NCBI GenBank assembly: GCA_965200965.1
Contig: OZ241744.1
Location: 3,168,001-3,232,000, forward strand
Source: an uncultured Candidatus Binatia bacterium
GTDB taxonomy: Bacteria > Desulfobacterota > Binatia > Bin18
Reading direction: 5' to 3'
DNA length: 64,000 nucleotides
Part shown: piece after piece, positions 55,308 through 64,000 of the stretch
How positions within the stretch are numbered: position 1 is the first letter of the stretch
Layout of the letters: the number at the start of each line of letters is the position of its first letter
Program-made: the position numbers and the translations under genes
Notes under the pieces: generated by a model
The model's input: only the letters and a program-made list of their open reading frames with translations
Database searches by the model: none
What the model was told of the DNA's origin: nothing

Positions 55308-55544
55308 ATGGGGACAGTGGCGTTCGACACGCACAAGGTCGTCAAAGACCTGAAGCGGACCGGGTTCAATGACGAACAGGCCGAAGCCGTGGTTTCCGCG
55401 GTTGGCGAAGCGGTTGGGGAGACCGTTGCCACAAAGGCTGATCTCGATCCCTTGGCAACGAAGGCCGATCTCTACCGGGCCTTATGGATTCAAACCGGGG
55501 CCATTCTCGCCGCGGTGGCCGCGATTCTGCGGCTGTTCCGCTAA
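55308..55544 (+). CDS. Small DUF1640-like coiled-coil/TM protein
   Basis: AFDTHKVVKDLKRTGFNDEQAEAVV, ATKADL x2, C-terminal TM. Confidence 0.8.
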   Translation: MGTVAFDTHKVVKDLKRTGFNDEQAEAVVSAVGEAVGETVATKADLDPLATKADLYRALWIQTGAILAAVAAILRLFR

Positions 55545-55584
55545 CCCAATGCTATACCCGAGTCCTTTACAGAAGGGGGAGAAG

Positions 55585-56538
55585 ATGAAGCCAAGCGAGA
55601 ACTTGTCAAGCATCGAAAAGGTTGCTCTGCGGGAGGTGTGGTTGAACGAGGCGCAGGATTTTACGCCGTGGCTGGCGGAGCATCTTTCAGAGCTTGGCGA
55701 AGCCTTGGGGCTGGACCTGGAACTGGAAGCGCGTGAAGCCCCTGTGGGTGGCTATTCGCTGGATATCCTGGCGCGTGACCAGGGGAGTGACGGCCCGGTC
55801 GTTATTGAAAATCAACTCGAATCTACCGATCACACTCACCTCGGCCAGTTGCTCACCTATGCGGCTGGATTTGACGCTCATGTGATAGTCTGGATTGCCA
55901 AAGAGTTCCGGGATGAACACCGGGAAGCCCTGAATTTGCTCAACCATCGCACGGGTGAGGATACGCAGTTCTTTGGCGTGGAGGTTGAGTTGTGGAAGAT
56001 CGACGATTCTCGCCCCGCCGTCAATTTCAAACTCGTCGCCACGCCCAACGAGTGGCAGAAACAAGCGCGGGCGACGAGTGAGGTGTCGGAACGAAATGAT
56101 CGATATCGGACATTCTTCCAGAAGCTCATAGATACCCTGAGAGAAGAGCATCAGTTCACGCGGATGCGGAAAGCACAGCCTAAAAAAAGCGCCTGCCGTT
56201 TTTCAACGGGGCATAGGGGAATTAGCTATGATTCGGCTTTTCGCAGAGAGGAGACCGCTATGGTTGATGTGTACATTGATAACGGTGATAGAGATTGGAA
56301 CAAAAATTTGTTCGACAAACTGCAGGAGGACAAGGAAGCCATAGAATCCGAACTCGCGGAATCCCTTAAGTGGGATAGGTTGGACAATCGCAGAGCTTCC
56401 CGCATAGCGGTCGTGCGCCCCGGCTCCATCGATGACGATGAGGAGATGCTGGGAGAAGTACACGACTGGATGGTTGAAAAACTTCTGGCCTTCAAGCGCG
56501 TGTTCGGCCCGAGGCTGGACGAATTGGTACAACAATAG
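55585..56538 (+). CDS. PD-(D/E)xK-like nuclease domain fused to a DUF4268-like domain
   Basis: LREVW.NEAQDFTPWL, LDILA..VVIENQL..TDHTHLGQLLTYA; C-terminal W.RLD.RRASRI; lower GC. Confidence 0.8.
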   Translation: MKPSENLSSIEKVALREVWLNEAQDFTPWLAEHLSELGEALGLDLELEAREAPVGGYSLDILARDQGSDGPVVIENQLESTDHTHLGQLLTYAAGFDAHVIVWIAKEFRDEHREALNLLNHRTGEDTQFFGVEVELWKIDDSRPAVNFKLVATPNEWQKQARATSEVSERNDRYRTFFQKLIDTLREEHQFTRMRKAQPKKSACRFSTGHRGISYDSAFRREETAMVDVYIDNGDRDWNKNLFDKLQEDKEAIESELAESLKWDRLDNRRASRIAVVRPGSIDDDEEMLGEVHDWMVEKLLAFKRVFGPRLDELVQQ

Positions 56539-56684
56539 GTCGGGGGGCTGCGTTCCGGCGGTCAGCGCATAATCCGACAATCATTCACTATCCGCCCTCC
56601 GCTCCGGGGTGCTGTTCCCCGGACGGGATTCCTTTTTCCCGCCCTTTTTGCCAGAATACTGCTCGCCTGCGCGGGAGCGAGCCC

Positions 56685-58595
56685 ATGCCACATATTATCG
56701 GGACAGCCGGTCACATTGACCACGGAAAAACGGCCCTGATTAAGGCCCTGACCGGCCAGGACACCGACCGCCTCCAGGAGGAACAGGAACGCGGCATTTC
56801 TATTGAACTGGGCTTTGCCCATCTGGACCTGCCCAATGGCGAGCGGGCGGGGATTATCGACGTGCCCGGCCATGAGCGTTTCATTCGCAATATGCTGGCC
56901 GGGGCGCACGGCGTTGATCTGGTTGTCTTCACCGTCGCCGCGGACGATGGCGTCATGCCGCAGAGCGAAGAGCACATGGATTTTCTGCATGTATTGGGCC
57001 TCAGCAATGGCATCTTTGTGATCACCAAAGCCGACCTGGTTGACGCCGAGCGGCTGGCCGATGTGCGTGAAGAGATCGAAATCCTGAGCCTTGATACAAC
57101 TTTGGAGGGCGCGCCGGTGGTGGCGGTGTCTTCGCTGACCGGCCAGGGCATTGAGGAACTCCGCGACACGATTACCGAGCGGCTGGCCGGCTATGAACGG
57201 CCGTCCCAGCCGGGCTATTTCCGGCTGCCAGTTGACCGGGCGTTTGTGATGAAGGGGCACGGCGTGGTGGTGACGGGCACGGCGACCGCCGGCAGCGTGC
57301 AGAGCGGAGCGACCGTCAGGCTCCTGCCCGGCGGCGAGCAGACCCGGGTGCGCTCGATGCAGGTCCACGGTGAGGCGGTCGCCGAGGCCGGTTGGGGCCA
57401 GCGCGTGGCGCTCAATCTGGCCGGTCTGGAAAAGAGCGCGATTGCACGCGGCCATGTGGTATGTCATCCGAGAATTACCCGCACGACCGAGCGCTTTGAC
57501 GCCTGGGTTGAGATCAGACCTGGGGCCAAGCGCGAGGTCGTCAACCATGAGCGGGTCCGGGTGCATGTCGGCACGGCTGAGGCGCTGGGGAAAATCATTC
57601 TGCTTAATGGTCAAGACAGCCTGGCTCCCCGCTCAACCGCCTTTGCTCAGATTGTCCTGGAGGAGGCGGTGCTTGCCCTGCGCGGCGACCGCTTTATTCT
57701 GCGTAACCAAACCGCCCAAGCCACGCTTGGAGGGGGCGAGGTCGTCAACCCCTTTGCCACCCGCCACCGCCGATTACGGGTCAGACCGGACGAGCTGCAA
57801 GATCGGCTGGCCCTGCTGCGGACGCCCAAGCTGCTCCAAGCCTGTCGCGCCTATATTGCAGTGCAGCCCGAGTTTGCCGTTTCACTGGAGGACATCTATC
57901 AGGGCGTCAACGCTCAGGAAAAAGAAGTCGCCCCGCTCTTGCTCTCCGATACGGAGATTCTTCCTCTGCCAGACGCTGACCAACCCGAGGCATACGCCGC
58001 GCTCAGTAAGTGGCAGCGGCTCACCGCGGCGGTGGATCGTATCCTGACCGACTTTCATGCTCGCACGCCCCTGGCCCGAGGCATGGAGATGGAGTCGCTG
58101 CGTAGTCAACTCGCCTTTTCGCCTAGAATTTTTCGGGCGGTGACAGATAAACTGGTCGCCGAGAACATCGTTGTGCACGAGCAGAGTACGCTCCGCCTGC
58201 CGTCACACCGCGTGAAGTTGAGCGAGGCTGAACACAGGCTGAGCGCCCGCCTTGAGCGGCTGGTGGCCGACGGTGGTTTTACGCCGCCGGAGGTCAGAGA
58301 CCTGGAGGCAAAGCTGGCCGTCCCACGCAAGCAACTCGGGGACTTACTGGGCGTGTTGGAGTCCCAACGCAAGGTGGTGAAGGTCGCCACAGAGTTGTAT
58401 CTGAGCTGGACGAGCCTGGAGCGGGCCCGGGCTGTCCTGGTTGAATGGCTCACCGGTCACGGGGAAATATCGGCCGCAACATTTCGGGATGTGTTGGGGA
58501 GTAGTCGGAAAACGGCCATCCCCTTACTGGAGTACTTTGACCGGACTGGGCTGACGCTGCGGGTTGGCGATGTGCGGAAATTGCGCAAAGCCTAG
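56685..58595 (+). CDS. selB: Selenocysteine-specific elongation factor
   Basis: GTAGHIDHGKT, ERGISIELG, DVPGHERF, TKAD, C-terminal SRKTAIPLLEYFD winged helix. Confidence 0.96.
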   Translation: MPHIIGTAGHIDHGKTALIKALTGQDTDRLQEEQERGISIELGFAHLDLPNGERAGIIDVPGHERFIRNMLAGAHGVDLVVFTVAADDGVMPQSEEHMDFLHVLGLSNGIFVITKADLVDAERLADVREEIEILSLDTTLEGAPVVAVSSLTGQGIEELRDTITERLAGYERPSQPGYFRLPVDRAFVMKGHGVVVTGTATAGSVQSGATVRLLPGGEQTRVRSMQVHGEAVAEAGWGQRVALNLAGLEKSAIARGHVVCHPRITRTTERFDAWVEIRPGAKREVVNHERVRVHVGTAEALGKIILLNGQDSLAPRSTAFAQIVLEEAVLALRGDRFILRNQTAQATLGGGEVVNPFATRHRRLRVRPDELQDRLALLRTPKLLQACRAYIAVQPEFAVSLEDIYQGVNAQEKEVAPLLLSDTEILPLPDADQPEAYAALSKWQRLTAAVDRILTDFHARTPLARGMEMESLRSQLAFSPRIFRAVTDKLVAENIVVHEQSTLRLPSHRVKLSEAEHRLSARLERLVADGGFTPPEVRDLEAKLAVPRKQLGDLLGVLESQRKVVKVATELYLSWTSLERARAVLVEWLTGHGEISAATFRDVLGSSRKTAIPLLEYFDRTGLTLRVGDVRKLRKA

Positions 58596-58630
58596 ATACG
58601 CTTGGCAGGCCCTCCACCATAAAGGATACT

Positions 58631-59710
58631 ATGGGCATAACACGGCCGCGGGCTGAGGATCAGCGTTCGAGAATCCGCCTGACCGAAAAAGTGAAAGCCG
58701 CGGGTTGAGCGGGGAAATTGGGTCCGGCGGACCTTGAACATATTCTGAGCGGGCTGCCGCGTGAGCGGCATCCCGATGTGCTGGTTGGTGTTGAGACCTC
58801 TGACGATGCCGGTGTCTTTCGCTTACAGGATGACGTGGCCATTATTAACACAGTCGATTTTTTTACCCCGGTGGTCGATGATCCGTATACCTATGGGCTT
58901 ATTGCAGCCACCAACGCGCTCAGCGATGTGTATGCCATGGGTGGCGAACCAAAGACGGCGATGAATATCGTGTGCTTTCCCCAGGATGGTCTTGATAAGA
59001 CTGTGCTGGCCGAGATCATCCAGGGCGGGGCGGAAAAGGTCCGTGAGGCTGGGGCGGCGCTGGTCGGGGGGCATTCGGTTGCCGATGATGAGATAAAATA
59101 CGGTTTGGCCGTGACTGGGGTGGTTCATCCCCAGCGCGTGGTTCGCAATGTCGGCGCTCAGGTGGGCGATGTGCTGGTTCTGACCAAACCGCTTGGCACA
59201 GGTATTGTCACAACGGCTCTCAAACGCCACCACCTCCACGATACGGAATACGCGGCAGCGGTTGATTCGATGTTGAGCCTGAACCGAACCGCCAGCCACG
59301 TCATGGCGTGCTATACGGTCCACGCGTGTACCGATGTGACTGGGTTCAGCCTGATAGGTCACGGGTATGAGATGGCGCGCGGCAGTGGGGTCAGCCTCCG
59401 GCTGCGGGCTGCCCATTTCCCGGTTTTGCCGGGCGCGCTGCGCTTGGCCAGCGAGGGCTACATGACCGGCGGGTGCAAGCGCAACCGGAACTATCTGGCC
59501 GATAAAGTCCGCGTGTCCCCGCAGCTTACTGCTCAGCTTGATGAAGTGGCCTTTGATCCCCAAACCTCGGGCGGCCTGCTCATGGCCGTTCCTGAGTCTG
59601 AGGCGAGCGCCTGTGTCCAAGCGCTCAAGAATGCCGGTACCCCAGCCGCGGCCGTGATTGGCGAGGTCGTCCCGCGCGCTGAACCTTGGGTAGAAGTTGT
59701 CAAAGACTAG
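58631..59710 (+). CDS. selD: Selenide, water dikinase (selenoprotein; in-frame UGA at 58706-58708)
   Basis: MGIT...RLTEKVKAAG-U-AGKLGP is in frame with DDAGV, TVDFFTP, GGHS, LTKPLGTG, TDVTGF, DPQTSGGLL. Confidence 0.93.
58721..58733 (+). promoter_or_regulatory. Putative bacterial SECIS apical hairpin
   Basis: GGTCC-GGC-GGACC begins 12 nt after the UGA. Confidence 0.65.
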
Positions 59711-59789
59711 GATTTCTCGGCGTTGGCGCAGGGGGTCTCCGGTGTCGTTTAAGGCGCATACCTGAGGGCTTGGGAGCGAAATCTTTTCT

Positions 59790-61055
59790 GTGCATTACGA
59801 ACTCTTTATCAGTGTCCGTTATCTGCGTGCCAAGCGGCGTGAGATATTCATTTCTCTGATTACAACGATATCGACTCTCGGGGTCTTGATTGGGGTGATG
59901 GTGCTCAATGTCACCCTGGCCATTATGACCGGGTTTGAAGAAGATTTGCGGAGTCGGATTCTGGGCTTTAATCCGCATATCCTGCTGTCCAGCCTGGACG
60001 GTCCCTTAGACGCCTATGAGCCGGTGATGGAACAGGTACGCCAGATGCCGGGGATCGCTGCCGCGGCACCCTTTCTCTACGGCCAGGTGATGGTCAGTTC
60101 ACAGCGTGGAGTATCTGGGGTTGCGGTGCGTGGGGTCGAGCCTGCCCTGGCCAGCGCGGTGGTCAATATCACAAATCATATCAAAGAGGGGGATCTGGCC
60201 CAGCTCGGCCAAAAGCAGGTGGTGAGCATTCGCAATGGCGCGACCCGGCACAGCGTTGAACTGCCAGGGATTGTGATCGGTGGGGAGCTGGCCGATCAGC
60301 TCGGCCTCTTACTCGGCGACCCGATTACCCTGATCTCTCCCATTGGCGGCACCCCGGGACCGCTCGGCATGGCACCTCGCTTCAAACGCTTTGTGGTGGT
60401 CGGCCTGTTTGATTCCGGCATGGTCGAGTACGATAGGGGCCTGTTATACATGGCCCTCCAGGATGCCCAGCAGTTCTTCAAACTTGACCGTCAGGTGTCT
60501 GGGCTTGAGATTCGGCTCCAGGAAGTCTACGAGGCGCGGCCGATTGCCCGCCAGATTGAGGACCTGCTCGGTTTTCCCTACAAAGCCCGCGACTGGACCG
60601 AAATCAACCGTAACCTGTTTGCGGCCCTGAGCCTGGAAAAATTTGTGTATTCGATTGTGCTTTTGCTGATCGTGCTGGTTGCCGCGTTTAACATCATTGC
60701 GACCCTGATCATGGTTGTGACGGAAAAACGCAAAGATATTGCACTGTTGAAGTCGATGGGCGCTTCGGATGCGGCGATCGGTTGGATTTTCGTCTACAAA
60801 GGGCTGATTATTGGACTGATTGGGACGCTGTTGGGGACGCTGACCGGTTTTATCCTGTGCTGGTTGCTCCAGCGTTATGAGTTTATCGAGCTCCCGCCCG
60901 ATGTGTGGTACGTTTCGACCGTCCCGATCAAGATGTCTGTCTCCAATTTTCTGATCGTCGGCTTGGCATCTCTCGCTATCTGCCTGGCGGCTACGATTTA
61001 TCCCGCCCGTCAGGCGGCCCATTTAGCGCCGGTTGAAGTCATCCGTTACGAATAG
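59790..61055 (+). CDS. lolE: Lipoprotein-releasing ABC transporter permease (LolC/E)
   Basis: ISVRYLRAKRR, IMTGF, VAAFNII..L.MVVTEKRKDIALLKSMGA, YPARQAA. Confidence 0.92.
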   Translation: MHYELFISVRYLRAKRREIFISLITTISTLGVLIGVMVLNVTLAIMTGFEEDLRSRILGFNPHILLSSLDGPLDAYEPVMEQVRQMPGIAAAAPFLYGQVMVSSQRGVSGVAVRGVEPALASAVVNITNHIKEGDLAQLGQKQVVSIRNGATRHSVELPGIVIGGELADQLGLLLGDPITLISPIGGTPGPLGMAPRFKRFVVVGLFDSGMVEYDRGLLYMALQDAQQFFKLDRQVSGLEIRLQEVYEARPIARQIEDLLGFPYKARDWTEINRNLFAALSLEKFVYSIVLLLIVLVAAFNIIATLIMVVTEKRKDIALLKSMGASDAAIGWIFVYKGLIIGLIGTLLGTLTGFILCWLLQRYEFIELPPDVWYVSTVPIKMSVSNFLIVGLASLAICLAATIYPARQAAHLAPVEVIRYE

Positions 61056-61062
61056 AGGGCAT

Positions 61063-61791
61063 GTGGCGCAGGTTTTGATTCGAGCCGAACAGCTCGGCAA
61101 ACACTACGGCGAGGAGGAGCAAACGATACAGGTCTTCAGCGGCCTGAACCTCGCCATCCGGCGGGCGGAACGCATCGCTATTATTGGCGAGTCCGGGGTT
61201 GGCAAAAGTACCTTGCTGCATATCCTCGGCACGCTTGATCGGCCCAGCGTAGGCAAGGTGTGGCTGGACGGCCAGGACGTTTTTGCCCTGCCGAGCGAGG
61301 AGTTGGCTGTCCTGCGCAACCGGGAAATCGGGTTTATTTTCCAATTCCACCATTTGCTGTCCGATTTCAGCGCAGTTGAGAACGTGATGTTGCCCGGACT
61401 GATCGCCCGAGTCCATCGCTCCGAGGCTAGCCGGCGGTCGATTGAGATTCTTGAGCAGGTCGGGCTCAAGGATCGGCTGACGCACCGGCCTGGAGAACTG
61501 TCCGGGGGCGAACAGCAGCGGGTTGCGGTGGCGCGGGCGCTGGTGTTGCAACCCCGTCTGGTGCTGGCCGATGAGCCAACCGGAAACCTTGATCCCGGGA
61601 CGGGGGAAGGTGTCCTGCAACTGTTGCTCAATTTTAATCGGGCCATGAATATCACCGTGGTGATTGTTACCCACAACGAAAAAGTGGCCTCGTGTATGAG
61701 TCGGACGCTCCGGCTCGAGGCGGGCCAACTGCACGAACTCCCACCCCAGGCCGGGGTGAACGCGGTCTCGGATGGCTCACAGTCGGGCTGA
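61063..61791 (+). CDS. lolD: Lipoprotein-releasing ABC transporter ATPase
   Basis: GESGVGKST, GFIFQFHHLL, LSGGEQQRVA, ADEPTGNLD. Confidence 0.93.
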   Translation: MAQVLIRAEQLGKHYGEEEQTIQVFSGLNLAIRRAERIAIIGESGVGKSTLLHILGTLDRPSVGKVWLDGQDVFALPSEELAVLRNREIGFIFQFHHLLSDFSAVENVMLPGLIARVHRSEASRRSIEILEQVGLKDRLTHRPGELSGGEQQRVAVARALVLQPRLVLADEPTGNLDPGTGEGVLQLLLNFNRAMNITVVIVTHNEKVASCMSRTLRLEAGQLHELPPQAGVNAVSDGSQSG

Positions 61792-61851
61792 ACGGCTTTA
61801 CAATCTAGGGGGATTTTGTTATGAGGAGTCCGGGTGGGGAGAGGTGCGCCA

Positions 61852-64000
61852 ATGCGGGGAATAGTGAGAACACGGTGGCTGGTCGTGGCCCTCGGTGTGG
61901 CCCTGCTCGGCCTTCCTGGTCAGGGACGGGGGGATACGTCAGCGACGGGTCAGCCGCACAGCTCAGCCGCACAGCCCCCGCCCCCTCCTCAACAGACGAT
62001 TCTGAGCGAAATTGCTATCGGCGGGAATGAGCAGGTCGATACTGAGGCGATCCGTATCCGTTTATCATCCCGGCCCGGCCAGCCGCTCAACCCTGAGACG
62101 GTTGATACGGATATTCGATCGATCTACGAGATGGGCTTCTTCAAGAATATTGAGGCCCGTCTGGACGAGCACGACGGCCAACAGGTGTTGACGTACTGGG
62201 TGCGGGAACGTCCGCTTATCCGTCAAGTCCGGGTGGAAGGGCATAAGAAAGTCAGCCAGGAAGAGATCTTGACGGCGCTGAAAATCCATCCCCGGACCAT
62301 TCTGAATCCAGTCAGAATTCGCAGCGGGATTCTCGAGGTAAAAGCCCTGTACGAGGAAAAAGGGTATCTGGATGCGGATATTTCGTACCGGACCGAATCG
62401 ACCGTCAACGGCGAGACGATTGTCTCTTTTACGATTTCTGAGAACACAAAAACGAGTGTGGTTGATATTGTTTTTGAGGGCAACCAGGCTTTCTCTGGCA
62501 AGATTCTGGCCGGCTTTATGCAGACCAGGAAGAAGAACTGGTTGTCCCGTTTTTTGCCGTTTGGAGTCCTGAGCAATGAAGCGCTCAGGACCGATGTCGA
62601 ACGCCTCACGGCGTGGTATTACGACAATGGGTATATCAATGTCCGTATTGATGAGCCCGAGGTGACACACCGTGAAGATGGCTTGATCGTCACTATCCGC
62701 CTTGAGGAAGGGCCCAAGTACAAGGTCGGTGAGGTCCGTGTTGTGGGTGATGTCGTGGGCGGTGAAGCCGCGGCAAAACAGGCCTTGACCCTGCGATCAA
62801 AGCGGACGTTTAAGGCCAGCGTCCTGCGCGATGACGTGTTTAACCTGACCGGGTATTTCAGTGACCAGGGCTACGCTTTTGTCAACGTTGAGCCGGAAAC
62901 CGATGTCCAGCCCGACGAGAAGCTCGTGCATGTCTCCTACCGGGTGAATAAAGGCCCCGAGGTCTACATTGACCAGATTGCTATTGCCGGCAACAGCAAG
63001 ACCCGGGACAAAGTCATTCGGCGCGAACTGTCGATTGTTGAGCAAAGTCTGTTTGCCGCCTCAGCTCTTCAGTTCAGCCGCGACCGGGTGAGGCGGCTGG
63101 GACTGTTTGACGATGTCAATCTCACCACCCAGCGGGGTAAACGAAAAGATCTGCTGAATGTGCTCGTTGATGTCAAAGAAGCCCAGACCGGCTCGTTCAG
63201 CATAGGAGCCGGGTTTAACTCGGCAACCAGCGTAGTCGGGAATGCCCGGATTCAGGAAAACAACCTCATGGGGCGTGGCCAGCGGCTCATTGTGGGGGGC
63301 AGTATCGGAACCCGGTATCGGAATACACAGGTGAATTTCATGGACCCGTATTTCATGGATTCCCACCTGCGGCTTGGGCTGGAGTTGTTTGACTGGCGGT
63401 TTATCTTTGAGGATTTTGACCGCTCAGGAACCGGCGGAGGCTTCCGACTGTTCTATCCCCTGACTGCTCTAGGCTATAGCTCGGTCTGGGGCTACTCCTT
63501 GAGTGATGTGGAGGTTGGTTTCCAGTATCAGTGGGAACGGTCACGTATTAGCAACTTTGATCCGATTACGCCGGATGCTGTCCGCTCCGAGCGGGGGGCG
63601 CAAACCGCCTCGTTGATCTCGCCGGTGCTCATGCGGGATACCCTTGACCACCCCTTTGAGCCGACAGCCGGCTCACTGCAACAAATCTCCTTCTCTTATG
63701 CCGGACCCGGCGGGAGCGCCGATTACACCAAGATTGAGCTTGAGGGGCGCTACTTTTTGCCCGTTTGGCGTGGCCGCCGCTTTGGCCAGTTTACCCTGAT
63801 GACCGGCGGCGTCTTCGGCTATGGCATGGGCGATATCGACTTTACTGAAAATCGTCACATTGCGACTCAACGCACGCGCATCCTCAAGGATGATGTACCC
63901 CTGTTTGATCGCTACTTCCCGGGCGGAATAAACTCGATCCGGGGCTTTGGCGAGCGCAGCCTTGGCCCTCGTGAAGAAGTGGTGGTCGTGGTGAGTGACG
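61852..64000 (+). CDS. bamA: Outer membrane protein assembly factor BamA, 3'-truncated by window
   Basis: Read from the DNA (absent from the ORF track): signal peptide, POTRA repeats (IGGNEQVD, GNSKTRDKVIRRE), VKEAQTGSFSIGAG, ENNLMGRGQ, SIRGF. Confidence 0.93.
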   Translation, partial: MRGIVRTRWLVVALGVALLGLPGQGRGDTSATGQPHSSAAQPPPPPQQTILSEIAIGGNEQVDTEAIRIRLSSRPGQPLNPETVDTDIRSIYEMGFFKNIEARLDEHDGQQVLTYWVRERPLIRQVRVEGHKKVSQEEILTALKIHPRTILNPVRIRSGILEVKALYEEKGYLDADISYRTESTVNGETIVSFTISENTKTSVVDIVFEGNQAFSGKILAGFMQTRKKNWLSRFLPFGVLSNEALRTDVERLTAWYYDNGYINVRIDEPEVTHREDGLIVTIRLEEGPKYKVGEVRVVGDVVGGEAAAKQALTLRSKRTFKASVLRDDVFNLTGYFSDQGYAFVNVEPETDVQPDEKLVHVSYRVNKGPEVYIDQIAIAGNSKTRDKVIRRELSIVEQSLFAASALQFSRDRVRRLGLFDDVNLTTQRGKRKDLLNVLVDVKEAQTGSFSIGAGFNSATSVVGNARIQENNLMGRGQRLIVGGSIGTRYRNTQVNFMDPYFMDSHLRLGLELFDWRFIFEDFDRSGTGGGFRLFYPLTALGYSSVWGYSLSDVEVGFQYQWERSRISNFDPITPDAVRSERGAQTASLISPVLMRDTLDHPFEPTAGSLQQISFSYAGPGGSADYTKIELEGRYFLPVWRGRRFGQFTLMTGGVFGYGMGDIDFTENRHIATQRTRILKDDVPLFDRYFPGGINSIRGFGERSLGPREEVVVVVSD

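Overview
High-GC bacterial chromosomal window. The gene content (LLM/F420-type oxidoreductases, CoA-transferases, DUF1329-like protein, W-AOR clusters, selB/selD, lolE-lolD-bamA) resembles Binatota/deltaproteobacteria-like lineages, which is an inference only. Left to right it holds: type II secretion pseudopilins; acyl-CoA dehydrogenase and amidohydrolase; a Rieske-P450-PQQ dehydrogenase operon; tRNA-Leu(CAA) followed by a ~10 kb defence island (HigB-like toxin, HTH-IrrE antitoxin, type III R-M mod and res with a repeat-bracketed cassette stack between them); catabolic genes interspersed with pseudogenes; two aldehyde:ferredoxin oxidoreductase (AOR/WOR) clusters; and a housekeeping block (rodZ, glyQS, selB, Sec-containing selD, lolE, lolD, partial bamA). 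Three signals are not explained by the gene annotation. (1) A 51-bp palindromic element occurs four times with co-varying arms, and two copies sit in frame inside Mod and Res. (2) Direct repeats keyed on the 5' end of a small coiled-coil gene bracket cargo between mod and res. (3) Dispersed small coiled-coil/TM genes carry their own leaderless sigma70-like promoters. All family assignments come from motif recognition; no database search was run.
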